In this document: in pieces, positions 1 to 9,134 of the stretch
How the letters are laid out: the number at the start of each line of letters is the position of its first letter
Position numbering within the stretch: the first letter of the stretch is position 1
Virus record (IMG/VR): IMGVR_UViG_3300043219_000566
Coordinates: 152,502-216,501 of that record
DNA: 64,000 bases
Direction: 5' to 3' (one strand)
Notes under the pieces: generated by a model
Seen by the model: only the letters and a program-made list of their open reading frames with translations
Database searches by the model: none
Told to the model about the DNA's origin: nothing
Made by a program: the position numbers and the translations under genes

Positions 1-797
1 TTGGTATAGCGCTCGCCCAGCGTTTCCTGAGTGACTTCGGGGTCCAGCTGCATCTTCGCAAACGTTTCCTGCAGATCCCTCACCTTGTTGACGGGATCGT
101 CGGGCGAACGCTCGCCGTCCCCCAGCGCCGCCCGCCGCTGGGTGAATTTGGCCCAGGCTTTATCGAGATGCCGGACGTTGTCCTGCAGGGAATTGCTAGC
201 CAGTAGATCGCGGCCCCAGGCCTTCGATAGCTGCTCGTTGGTCACACCCAACGAACGCAGCAACGTGTAAAGCGGAAATTTCGACTGCCCAACCCGTACA
301 TGAAACACGCCGCTCTCCGCGTCCATAAAGACCCGGAAGCCCGGCCCGGAGCCAGGCATGATATTGAAGTGGCTCTCCAGCTCACCAGTCTCTTTCTTGC
401 GCGTGTAAACGCCGGGCTTGAGGCGCATCTGGTTGGCGAGCGTGTACTCGTTACCTCTGTAGATGAACGTGCCGCGGTCGGAGACGTGCGGAACCATCGC
501 AACCCGGCTTCGCCGCTCATCGATCACCTGCCCAGTCGCCTTGTCGATCATGCGCCAGGTGCCAGACAGCGAGCGGTGCATCGTCTTTCCGCCGATGATC
601 GCGCGCTTCTGCCGCTCCAGCCCGGCGGGCTCAGGCTGATCGTAATCGACATCGCCCAGCTCCACGCGGTACTGCGTGTTCTCGATCGGATAGTGATCCT
701 GAGATGATTGACGTACGTTAGCGTAGACGCGCTGGCGCAAGGCGCTCACATCGTCGAAAGCCCGAGTCGTTGGTTCCTTGGTTCCAAGCACATCCAC
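1..797 (-). CDS. rpoB: Phage-encoded DNA-directed RNA polymerase beta subunit-like protein, N-terminal part (runs off window start)
   Basis: Hand translation from GTG at 797: MDVLGTKEPTTRAFDD...RVAMVPHVSDRGTFIYRGNEYTLANQMRLKPGVY...KFPLYTLLRSLG. This matches RpoB motifs IPxMTxxGTFIINGxERVxVSQLxRSPGVY and KIPxxxLLRALG. The frame is open to position 1 and is not in the ORF track. Confidence 0.85.
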   Translation of the reverse strand, partial: MDVLGTKEPTTRAFDDVSALRQRVYANVRQSSQDHYPIENTQYRVELGDVDYDQPEPAGLERQKRAIIGGKTMHRSLSGTWRMIDKATGQVIDERRSRVAMVPHVSDRGTFIYRGNEYTLANQMRLKPGVYTRKKETGELESHFNIMPGSGPGFRVFMDAESGVFHVRVGQSKFPLYTLLRSLGVTNEQLSKAWGRDLLASNSLQDNVRHLDKAWAKFTQRRAALGDGERSPDDPVNKVRDLQETFAKMQLDPEVTQETLGERYT

Positions 798-813
798 AAT
801 TCACCCAACACCT

Positions 814-2007
814 CTACGAGTACGCCGGAGCCCCGTAGCCCGGCCACTTCTGCTGCTGTCGAGGATTATTCAGCAAATAGGCCATCAAGCGCCCCACCAC
901 CGGGCGCTGCTGAGTCATGCGCTGCGTAATCGCGGGCATCATCTGCTGGTAGATCTGGCCCATAACGTGCGGATTACTCAACATGTGCTGAGTTTGCGAG
1001 CGCATGAACTTCGGGTCCTTCATCAGATCCTTTGTCCGCGCAGAAGCCCACCGTCTTCCCAGATCCGTGTTCGTCATCAGCCAACTCAGACCGAGCCCCG
1101 TGCCCGCCGACGTCCCCAAATGACGCAAAGCACGTCCAATTGCAGCGCGCTTATCGTACGCAGTCTTGGATAGATCGCTGTCGCGGTAAGGATTATCGTT
1201 GGGTTTCTCTTCCTCGTCGTCGTCGGTCTGCGTGTGAGACTCCACCTGGGGGCGAGCCATCAAGCTAACCGGGCGCTCGGCCCGCCGACGACGCTGCGCC
1301 TCGCGGTAGGCCTTCAACTCGTCGGCCTGATCGCCCGCGCCGACCATACGCCAGCCGCCGTAAGCCCCCAGCCCAGCCATGATCGCCGCAATTGTTATCG
1401 CAGTAGGCTTAATGCCTCTGCCCACATTGCCGACTGCTTTCACTGCCGACGAACCCGGTATCCAATCCGCGACCTTCCCCAGCGTCTCGTTCAACTCGCC
1501 CTGCTCGTACGCCTCGGCCAAAGCGTGCAAGTCCACCGAGAACTTCAGCGTGCGCTCCTCGGCCAGCGCATCCTCGAACTCCTGCTTGGCTTTGTCCAGC
1601 TCTTGCTGCTCGCGATGACGACGATAGGTCTTCATCAGCTTGCCCATTCCGGCCCAACCAGCAGCTCCCGCCAGCGGCGGGCCGATTACTGCAGCCGGAG
1701 CGAACCAGTCCGGACGTGGCTTACCGTCGAACAACGCCGACTTCACCGGCAACGAGATCTCGTAGCGCGGCTTCTCGTCCAGATCGCGGTCACGTTTGCG
1801 CCGAAGATTCCGCGCTATGTTTCCGTAGACCCCAACCGCGCCACGTGTCGCGGCTCCAGCAGCCAGCATAGCCAGCAGCAACTTGCCGAGATCCTTAGCA
1901 GCGTACTGGTTCACAAAAGTGTCGGCTTGCCCGCGCGTCATAGACGAACGCGACTGCGTCGGCTGCGTCGCAGATGAGCGTGCACAACGTTTCGTTAAAG
2001 CCAGCAT
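814..2007 (-). CDS. Hypothetical virion/head-associated protein with Gly/Ala-rich hydrophobic segments and K-x-A motifs
   Basis: GGAGGT RBS upstream of ATG; motifs VKSA, GKVA, SKTA, DKRA; three hydrophobic G/A-rich stretches each followed by basic residues. Confidence 0.6.
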   Translation of the reverse strand: MLALTKRCARSSATQPTQSRSSMTRGQADTFVNQYAAKDLGKLLLAMLAAGAATRGAVGVYGNIARNLRRKRDRDLDEKPRYEISLPVKSALFDGKPRPDWFAPAAVIGPPLAGAAGWAGMGKLMKTYRRHREQQELDKAKQEFEDALAEERTLKFSVDLHALAEAYEQGELNETLGKVADWIPGSSAVKAVGNVGRGIKPTAITIAAIMAGLGAYGGWRMVGAGDQADELKAYREAQRRRRAERPVSLMARPQVESHTQTDDDEEEKPNDNPYRDSDLSKTAYDKRAAIGRALRHLGTSAGTGLGLSWLMTNTDLGRRWASARTKDLMKDPKFMRSQTQHMLSNPHVMGQIYQQMMPAITQRMTQQRPVVGRLMAYLLNNPRQQQKWPGYGAPAYS

Positions 2008-2011
2008 CCGG

Positions 2012-2470
2012 TTACCTCCGGCGAAGAATACCGGGCTCAGCCTGCGAGTACTGTCGCTGGCTCATGGTGTCGTAGGTAAACACCTCGACCCACTCTAACA
2101 AGATCGTCCAGTTGTCATTGACAAACTGCCGATCGACCGCCGTGATAATAGCACTGCCGCGTTGTGCCATCGAGTAAACCAAAGACGCCACCATCTCGTA
2201 CCGCTTCTTGTCCTCAGCATTTCCGATATTGAACAACTCGCAACGGATACGACCGGCCGTCTGCGGTTGCAAGTGCTCCGGATCATCCTTCCGCAGGTAA
2301 CGAACACCGCGTGCTCGATGCGGTACACCGTCGAGCCCTTGAAAGGTCTGGTACCCATTGTCGTTCTCGCCACTCAGCGAGGAAATTACGCTCGCCAGCG
2401 GATCGCCCGGGTTAACCGAAGCAACCGGCTGTGAGTGGTGACCACTACCCTGTTCTCCGTTCTCGTTCAC
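2012..2470 (-). CDS. Hypothetical protein
   Basis: Co-directional ORF packed between neighbours. Confidence 0.6.
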   Translation of the reverse strand: MNENGEQGSGHHSQPVASVNPGDPLASVISSLSGENDNGYQTFQGLDGVPHRARGVRYLRKDDPEHLQPQTAGRIRCELFNIGNAEDKKRYEMVASLVYSMAQRGSAIITAVDRQFVNDNWTILLEWVEVFTYDTMSQRQYSQAEPGILRRR

Positions 2471-2765
2471 GTCGTGTACGCTCCCTGACCTCTTGAGCCA
2501 GTTGTCGGTACTGAGCCGCCAACTCCTGCGTCTTTAGCTCGCTCACATCGAGGTCGTCGGCCCGCGAAGCATGTCGGGCACCCATGCCCACAAGCGCGCC
2601 GCCAGCCAACGGTAAGCCCAGCGCTAGCGCCAAGCCGCCCTTTCCGAGTGAGCCAAGCAGCGAGTTGGCTACCTTCTCCACCGCTACTTCGATGTCGCCG
2701 GGAGTGAGCCCTATTTCCGCCAGCTTGGTCAAAAATCCGATTTTGAACTGCTCTGCGTTCCGCAC
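2445..2765 (-). CDS. Small hypothetical protein with hydrophobic segment and K-x-A motifs
   Basis: TKLA, EKVA motifs; GGLALALGLPLAGGALVGMGA hydrophobic stretch. Confidence 0.6.
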   Translation of the reverse strand: MRNAEQFKIGFLTKLAEIGLTPGDIEVAVEKVANSLLGSLGKGGLALALGLPLAGGALVGMGARHASRADDLDVSELKTQELAAQYRQLAQEVRERTRRERERRTG

Positions 2766-2874
2766 GGGCTCTGCTCCACAGCTCCAGGCTATTCGCCTGG
2801 GTCCTTACGTCGTAGTCTTCCGCGACTTTACCCTAACCAGCTCCCGACCCCAAATCACGACTCCTCGCTACTAG

Positions 2875-3279
2875 CTACGGACCAGCCGACGAGCTTTCCT
2901 CAGCAGGCGACGCAGCAGCCGACGAGCTTTCCTCAGCAGGCGACGCAGCAGCCGAGGAGCTTTCCTCAGCAGGCGACGCAGCAGCCGAGGAGCTTTCCTC
3001 AGCAGGCGACGCAGCAGCCGAGGAGCTTTCCTCGTCCGGCGGCACCACGGCGATCGGAGGAAGCCGAGACTCAAACTTCGGCTTCACGCCGCTAGGACCG
3101 CCGCCACGTCCGCCGTAGGTCTCGTGCTGGGCCAAATCGTCCAGCGGAATATCCACCCCCGCACCCGGCCGTCCGCCACGGCGCGTATCCGGCAGAATCT
3201 GCCCGATCGGCGTAGCTTCCTGCTGCTGCCCGGTGCGGTCGCTCACTCGCGGCTTAACATGTTCGTCAGAACTACTCAT
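2875..3279 (-). CDS. Hypothetical low-complexity protein with EESSSAAASPA tandem repeats
   Basis: GAGGT RBS + ATG; C-terminal half is encoded by the 33-bp repeat. Confidence 0.65.
   Translation of the reverse strand: MSSSDEHVKPRVSDRTGQQQEATPIGQILPDTRRGGRPGAGVDIPLDDLAQHETYGGRGGGPSGVKPKFESRLPPIAVVPPDEESSSAAASPAEESSSAAASPAEESSSAAASPAEESSSAAASPAEESSSAGP
2883..3033. repeat. 33-bp coding tandem repeat, about 4.6 copies
   Basis: Unit cagccga(c/g)gagctttcctcagcaggcgacgcag, head-to-tail with no spacers. Confidence 0.95.
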
Positions 3280-3293
3280 TTTGCTTACCTCAC

Positions 3294-5051
3294 TTAGCGA
3301 AAGTGTTTGTTCGCGCGCTCAGACTCCATGCGCTTCAACCACGCGCAGTGACCATCCGACCAGTCTTTGTTGTGCATAGGAATGCGCACAGCGAAATCCG
3401 GGTCCATGGCTTGCTCTGTTACCGCGCGCATGGCGCGCAAGTATAGCTGGCCAGGCTCCGACGCGGTTTTCTTCAACTCGTTACCGCTACCCGTCGGTTT
3501 GTAACCCTGCCGCCCGTAAAAACCCGTCAGCTGCTCGTTGTTTAGCGGACGGTCACTAAAGGCGTCGACCTTCAGGCACAACGATTTACCTTTGTGCTCA
3601 CCCTCGGCCACGGCTAGCAGATACTTGGCTAGCCCCTGCCGACGATGAGGCTTGCGTACTTGCAAGCTGCCAACAGTGAGCTTGCCGTTACCGCCCCGCA
3701 TAACTCGTACCGCGCCAGCCAACTTGCCGTCGTCGGTATCAACGTAGTAGCTCTTGAGCGACGGGCGCTCCGAGCGCCGCAACTTGTACCCGTCGGGAGT
3801 GGCCACAGATCGTTTGGTCATGAAGCTCTTGAGCGCTGAGTAAATCAGCGCCGAGCCGATATTCGTGTTCTTCAACCAGCGCGGAGCACCTAGCAGCTTG
3901 GAAACGGCCCAAGCACCCCCGGCCGCCGGGACCGCGTGGACCACGACCTTGGGCAACGCCTTTATCAAAGCTCCGGCGCTGGCTAACCCAGTTCGTCCAA
4001 CACCTTGTTCCTGTCCAGCTTGCGCGACAAGCTGCTTCATCAGCACCCGGTGGCTACCGGGGATCGCCGGGTTCGTAGCGATCTCGTCCATGGCTTGCGC
4101 CACAGGAAACGTCGGGTTCCAAAGCGCCTCGCTGTAGACCATCGGGTCCGCCGCGCCTTCCTTGATCTCCTCGGGCGCTCTGGTCGCGCGTGGGCGGCCC
4201 AACGAAGCTCGCAAGAAGCGCATCATCTCCTGGGGATTCTGCGGCGCACCGCCGGGGTGGAAGAACTTCCCGTAGACTCCCTTGCGCGACAAACCGAGCA
4301 CGGCACCGGGGGTAAGCCCGGCACCGAGCCCAGCAAGAGTGAAGAATCGACGCGCCGCTCGACGGTCTAAGCCAAGCAGACGCGAGAGCAGGGGGGCCGC
4401 CAGATAGCGGCCAGCCAGAGCACCACCAGCCCCGCCAGCAGCCAACCAAGCTGGTACGTTAGTCTTCCAGCTAGGCTTGCCGTACACGGATGGATCATCT
4501 CCGGCAGTTTTCAACGCGCGCAACGAAATCGAAGTCTTCCGCCCGCCCTTCTGGGCAAACAACACCTCGTTGAACGTGTGGGTTCTTCCCTCCAGATCAT
4601 TGCGGTCTGCGTACCGTTGACCGCGCCCCTTCTTGACCCGGGCTACAGTCACGTGCGGCTGGTACTGAGGATGATTCTCCGTGTGCGGCAACAGCCGCTT
4701 GAGCCGCGCGTTGATCCGCCGCAGATCCGGGCTGAAGACCTTCACCACAACCACATCGTCGCCGTCGGTGTGCTTCGAGGCCGGGAAGCACTCGGTGCGC
4801 CCGAAGCGCACGTGGATCGACGGCTCGGCAGTCAGAATAGCGCGCACCGGCTCAGCATTCGCGGTGTGCAGCCCGTATTTCAACGTGATGTGATGACTCG
4901 TCCGTACAGCAGAAACCAGATCCTCAGACCGGATGTCCTGCGCGATTCGCCGTACCGCGGCCGACAACTCCTCCGGCAAGTTGACTTGAGTCGAAGCGAA
5001 CTCGTAAGCCGACTTTTCGATCGCGTCGAGATAGCACAGGAACGAACGCAT
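3294..5051 (-). CDS. Multidomain protein: 2H phosphoesterase (Acb1/gp57B-like) + hydrophobic central region + GNAT acetyltransferase
   Basis: Two HxT motifs (HHITLKYGLH, QPHVTVARV); GNAT motif A (LQVRKPHRRQGLAKYLL) and motif B (LTGFYGRQGY); domains bounded by EKSA, LKTA, TKRS, KKTA. Confidence 0.75.
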   Translation of the reverse strand: MRSFLCYLDAIEKSAYEFASTQVNLPEELSAAVRRIAQDIRSEDLVSAVRTSHHITLKYGLHTANAEPVRAILTAEPSIHVRFGRTECFPASKHTDGDDVVVVKVFSPDLRRINARLKRLLPHTENHPQYQPHVTVARVKKGRGQRYADRNDLEGRTHTFNEVLFAQKGGRKTSISLRALKTAGDDPSVYGKPSWKTNVPAWLAAGGAGGALAGRYLAAPLLSRLLGLDRRAARRFFTLAGLGAGLTPGAVLGLSRKGVYGKFFHPGGAPQNPQEMMRFLRASLGRPRATRAPEEIKEGAADPMVYSEALWNPTFPVAQAMDEIATNPAIPGSHRVLMKQLVAQAGQEQGVGRTGLASAGALIKALPKVVVHAVPAAGGAWAVSKLLGAPRWLKNTNIGSALIYSALKSFMTKRSVATPDGYKLRRSERPSLKSYYVDTDDGKLAGAVRVMRGGNGKLTVGSLQVRKPHRRQGLAKYLLAVAEGEHKGKSLCLKVDAFSDRPLNNEQLTGFYGRQGYKPTGSGNELKKTASEPGQLYLRAMRAVTEQAMDPDFAVRIPMHNKDWSDGHCAWLKRMESERANKHFR

Positions 5052-5606
5052 CTACCTCGGTCTTCCGAAGACCGCCTTGAAGTAGTTAGGAATTCGAGGG
5101 CGCGCGTACTGCGCCGCGTTGTACCCCATCGGCAACATGCCGGGTCCGACAGCGTTCATGTACTGCTGCGCTTGCGGACCTATCCCGGCTATTCTCCGAC
5201 TTCTAGGATCGCCAACCGGAAAGCCGTGAATATTCCTCTCGCCTTGATTCGCGTCCGGCGGCTGACCACCAAACAGTTTTCCGAGTCCCGCCGCGCCCGC
5301 CGCGAAACCAACTGTGGACTTCGGGTACTTGTAGAGCCAGTACGCCGAGCTAAGCGGATTGGGAATTACCCCGGCTACACTGCCACCGAATGCAGCCAAG
5401 TCGGCTTTGCCGCCTCGGAGCATCTTCGGTAGCAGCGGCTCAGGCGTAGCCTTCCCGAACGTCGTCGCGCGCTGCGCCCAGTTCTTAGCAACCGGCGCAG
5501 CCTTTTGCGCTTTAGAAGCCAGCCATGGCAATGCTTTGCTAGCAAAGCGGCCTGCAGACTTGTCCATGGCCAACCGCTCACCAAGTTGGTAAGCGTAGCT
5601 CGGCAT
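5052..5606 (-). CDS. Hypothetical virion-associated protein
   Basis: RBS + ATG; MDKSA motif near N-terminus; G/A-rich. Confidence 0.6.
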   Translation of the reverse strand: MPSYAYQLGERLAMDKSAGRFASKALPWLASKAQKAAPVAKNWAQRATTFGKATPEPLLPKMLRGGKADLAAFGGSVAGVIPNPLSSAYWLYKYPKSTVGFAAGAAGLGKLFGGQPPDANQGERNIHGFPVGDPRSRRIAGIGPQAQQYMNAVGPGMLPMGYNAAQYARPRIPNYFKAVFGRPR

Positions 5607-5615
5607 GAACCACCT

Positions 5616-6036
5616 CTACAGAGTTTTCTTTTCGCTCTGCGCAGGCGGGTCGCCCGCTGGAGCAGGCGCACGCGCCCGCAAGCGGCCTACCAACCCGGCA
5701 GCGCCGATCGGCGCAGAAGCCCCTGCCGCCGCCGCCACTGGTGCCGGGGCTGGCGGCGGAGCAGGCGGCATCGGCATAGAATGCTTGAGCAAGCCCGCCT
5801 GTTTGAGCAACGTGAAATTCGTCACGAGGTTAGCCGCTCTGCGAACCGCGGCAACTTTCTCTTCCTTCTTCATGGGAAGTCCCTTGTGCTTGGTCTTGGC
5901 GAAATCCAACGCATCAGACTTAGAGATCGTCTTCGCCGTCTCGGCGACCTCCTTGGACGGTGGGCTGATGTCGCCCTTCTGCACAGCGTGTACCATCCCG
6001 AAAAAAGCGCTGTTGCTTGCGTGATTTAGCAGGAAC
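5616..6036 (-). pseudogene. DUF3008-like small phage protein with apparent frameshift (or sequence error)
   Basis: AAGGAGGT RBS (6049-6042), then VPAKSRKQQRFF in one frame and FFGMVHAVQKG...DFAKTKHKGLP in the next; frames switch in a T6 run (6001-6006). Confidence 0.6.
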
Positions 6037-6079
6037 AGTACACCTCCTTCCGCAACCGCGCACACGCGGCACAAGCTAC

Positions 6080-6304
6080 CTAGATTTGCGGCCGCGCAAC
6101 ACCCGGCGCAGCCACTGTGGGCTTGCCAGCCTTGGGAGACTTACGCGCCAGAAGCTGACCGGCCAAGTGGCCAAATTGCCCAATCTGGCCTCCGCCCCCG
6201 CCTACCTCGGGTCCAACAACCTTGTCTCCAGCAGGCGGAATCCCGGCAGCCTTCATCAACTCGACGTTGACAACCGCTGCAGCCAAATCATCCATATCAC
6301 TCAT
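6080..6304 (-). CDS. Small hypothetical protein (MKAA motif)
   Basis: GAGGAG RBS before ATG at 6304 (MSDMDD...). Confidence 0.55.
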   Translation of the reverse strand: MSDMDDLAAAVVNVELMKAAGIPPAGDKVVGPEVGGGGGQIGQFGHLAGQLLARKSPKAGKPTVAAPGVARPQI

Positions 6305-6314
6305 GCTCGTCTCC

Positions 6315-7268
6315 TCAAAATCGTTCTCCGCGCTGATGGCGCGCCCACAAATCCGGGAACATGCCCGGCATGTTAGCCTGCAACACATCCGGCCTGCCAC
6401 GATAATCGCGCAGCCACCGATTAAACGAATTTACGCGTTGTTTCGCCGGGTCGGTTTCCGCCGCTTCGCGATTGGCCCGCAGTGTCTTCGCTACGTTACC
6501 GCTAATTTCAGGAATATCGTGCGTTACTGCTTTCGCCGTCGCAAGAGGCGCATAAATCATTCGCTGCTCAAACGACGGACCCGGCAACTCCGCTCCAGCC
6601 ATCGCTAATCCGGCTCGCGCTTTCCAACCTATACCAGGAACGAAATGAAGCGCACCCTGGCCAGCTGCGCCTACTCCTTCACCAACTCGGCGTGACCATG
6701 ACTTTTGCCGCTCTGTGTCGTTGTAAGCATCTACCGCACCATGCAAATCGCCTTTCCATACTTTCTGAAAAAACGGCGACCAGAAAGGTTCATCACCTGA
6801 GTCTTGCGCGCTTTGAGCAGGCTGCTCCTCGCGCATGATCTTCAACCCGCGGCCCAGCTGGCTGCCCAGCGTGTTCCGCGGCATGGACTGCAAACCTTGA
6901 TGTACGATATGGTTAAACGCCATCGCTCCGGCGTTGGGCACCGGCTTCCCCAGATCTGAGTAGTTGAAGCCTCCAGACTTGATCACTGACGGCGGCGTCG
7001 AACGACGTTTCTTCTTCAGCAACATTTTCCAATGCCGCTGCCGATCAGCTTCCGAGACCGACGCACGCTTGCGAACCGACCCGACCAACTGCACGTAGAA
7101 TTCAGCCACGTCGCTGCGCTTGGGCATCGGCTTGCGCCCGGAACGCCAGGGCATGATCTTGTTATGCACCCGGGAATCGATGTCGGCATGCGCCTTGGCC
7201 GATTCACTGGCCGGAACCGTCGCCGAGACGCTGACAGCCGACTTTACCAATTCAAGCAGCGTGAGCAT
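6315..7268 (-). CDS. Hypothetical virion-associated protein
   Basis: VKSA, RKRA, IKSG motifs; directly downstream of the portal-like gene. Confidence 0.6.
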   Translation of the reverse strand: MLTLLELVKSAVSVSATVPASESAKAHADIDSRVHNKIMPWRSGRKPMPKRSDVAEFYVQLVGSVRKRASVSEADRQRHWKMLLKKKRRSTPPSVIKSGGFNYSDLGKPVPNAGAMAFNHIVHQGLQSMPRNTLGSQLGRGLKIMREEQPAQSAQDSGDEPFWSPFFQKVWKGDLHGAVDAYNDTERQKSWSRRVGEGVGAAGQGALHFVPGIGWKARAGLAMAGAELPGPSFEQRMIYAPLATAKAVTHDIPEISGNVAKTLRANREAAETDPAKQRVNSFNRWLRDYRGRPDVLQANMPGMFPDLWARHQRGERF

Positions 7269-7311
7269 GGTGTGATTCTACGTCTGCCGCTCGGCAGCTC
7301 CCAAAAATGCC

Positions 7312-7323
7312 GTAGCGCGCTAC
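7312..7323. repeat. 12-bp palindrome GTAGCGCGCTAC (overlaps portal TAG stop)
   Basis: Exact sequence; one of at least 7 copies. Confidence 0.9.
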
Positions 7324-9134
7324 ATCCCGCCCGGTGCCCCGCCCGGTGCCCCACCCGCCATCTGGGCGATGACCTGGTCCTGACCAACGCTCCGGGCTTG
7401 GCTGCGCATGTTCTGGAGCTTCTGCTTCACCACGGCATGCAGAGTCTCGTCGGTCTGCCGCAACTGGTTGAGCTGGCGTCGTCGCTCACCTTCCGGCATC
7501 GCCAGCAGCTGCTGAGCCATCTGCTCAGCCTGATCGAGCACATCTCCCGGCTGCATCGCCCCTCCGCCACCGCCGCCGCCCGGCATCCCCGGCGCACCAC
7601 CACCAGCAGCCATCGGTGGCATCCCCTGACGGGCCGCGCTGGTTTCGTTCAACCGTCGCTGCATATCCTGCGCCTGCATCTCTTCCTTCTCGATCTTCTG
7701 CTGCTCCTCGCGCAACATGCGTTGCTCGTCGAAGATGCGCCGGATCTCGTCGCGCACGTCGATCCCAAACGGAGCCAACGCCGTCTGATCCGAGATCTTG
7801 TTCGCAGCCGACAACTGCAACCGGACCAACCGCGCTTCCATGTCGTCAGCGCGAGTGACCGGAGTCATACGCCCACGCGCTCGCTCCCAGTTGAAAACCA
7901 TCGAGAGATTTTCGAGCAGCCAGTTTATCCAGTTGTTGAACCCGGCAACCAGGTGCGGCCACGTTGCCTCGAACAGCCGCAAAGCCGGAGGCATGGCCTT
8001 TAGCTCCAACGAGCCCTTGTAGAGATCTGCCGGGACGCCGCACGAATTAAGCAGCTCGTCCAGCGCCACCGTTATCAGCTCGTGCGGTGCAAGCTGATTA
8101 GCCTCGCCGCCCAGCGCCTGATACTCAATTGGAAAAGGCAAACTGTGCATCGCGAGTGGATCACGCCGATGCTCGGCAATCATGCCGCGCACCCGCGACG
8201 AGAAATTGCCCAAGTTAGCGTTCAGCAGCGGATCGACTTTGCCCTGCGGACCGCCCGGACGTCCGGGCGTAACTACGCGCCAGGGCACGATGTAGTCCAT
8301 GGCCAGCGCCTCGTTGTAGCGCTTGAGCACCTGGATGTAGAACCCCTGCTTGAAATTCGACAAGGCCCGTGGGATACCCCAGCCGCGGTTGTGCAGCCCC
8401 GCCAGCGTGTCCTCCTTGAGATGGAACACGATGCCGTCGTTGAACCCGAACAACTGATCCTTCTGGATCGCTTCAATGTATTCCCAGGGGGTGTACTGCA
8501 AATAGAACGGCACGCCACGCTGGATCTGACTTTTGAAATCTTGAGGAATACGCCACAAGTAACGGTGGTCGTGGCTAAGCGGATGGAACAAAATCTCCAT
8601 CTGGTGCGGGCTCCAGCGGATGATCCGCAACCGGTCCTGCTCCATCGAGCGGCGGTCCACCACATCGAACTCGCCGTTGCATTTACACTTCGGGCACTGC
8701 CCGTAGAACTTAAAGCCCCGGAACGTATAGAGCATACGCTCGATCGGACGATCCAACTTGCAGCTCTTGCAACGCAGATAGCGTCGGAACGGAACGAAAA
8801 TGCTCGTAAACGAGTTACCGTAGAACAGAAAATCGAGCCCCACCATCCGCAGTTGCGCAGCGACTCGCAGCGTATCGTCCAGAAATTCGTTGTACTGCTT
8901 CTTGATCTCGTCGGCGACGTCCAGGATCTCGACCTTGGTCAGGAAATACGCACACACGCGCTCCAGCGCCATCCGGTACGTACCGTTGTGCGCCCAGAAC
9001 AACTCACACCAGCGGAGCATGCTCCGCAAGTTGCGAGGCGTGTACATCCCGGAGTAGTCGAGGAAAGGGTCGGGAAACCACTGAACCCCGCCGCTGGACC
9101 CGGACGATGAGTTAGGAACAATGCTATCTGGCAT
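7320..9134 (-). CDS. Portal-like protein with internal CxxC...CxxC zinc ribbon
   Basis: 604 aa; portal-type motifs DFLFYGNSF, WGIP, LLNSCGVPADLYKG; Q/G/M-rich low-complexity C-terminus; CKSC...CPKC insert. Confidence 0.65.
   Translation of the reverse strand: MPDSIVPNSSSGSSGGVQWFPDPFLDYSGMYTPRNLRSMLRWCELFWAHNGTYRMALERVCAYFLTKVEILDVADEIKKQYNEFLDDTLRVAAQLRMVGLDFLFYGNSFTSIFVPFRRYLRCKSCKLDRPIERMLYTFRGFKFYGQCPKCKCNGEFDVVDRRSMEQDRLRIIRWSPHQMEILFHPLSHDHRYLWRIPQDFKSQIQRGVPFYLQYTPWEYIEAIQKDQLFGFNDGIVFHLKEDTLAGLHNRGWGIPRALSNFKQGFYIQVLKRYNEALAMDYIVPWRVVTPGRPGGPQGKVDPLLNANLGNFSSRVRGMIAEHRRDPLAMHSLPFPIEYQALGGEANQLAPHELITVALDELLNSCGVPADLYKGSLELKAMPPALRLFEATWPHLVAGFNNWINWLLENLSMVFNWERARGRMTPVTRADDMEARLVRLQLSAANKISDQTALAPFGIDVRDEIRRIFDEQRMLREEQQKIEKEEMQAQDMQRRLNETSAARQGMPPMAAGGGAPGMPGGGGGGGAMQPGDVLDQAEQMAQQLLAMPEGERRRQLNQLRQTDETLHAVVKQKLQNMRSQARSVGQDQVIAQMAGGAPGGAPGGM

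Noticed and set aside
2883-3033. 33-bp repeats as a CRISPR array
   Set aside because: Units are contiguous with no unique spacers, are a multiple of 3 inside a CDS, and no cas genes are present
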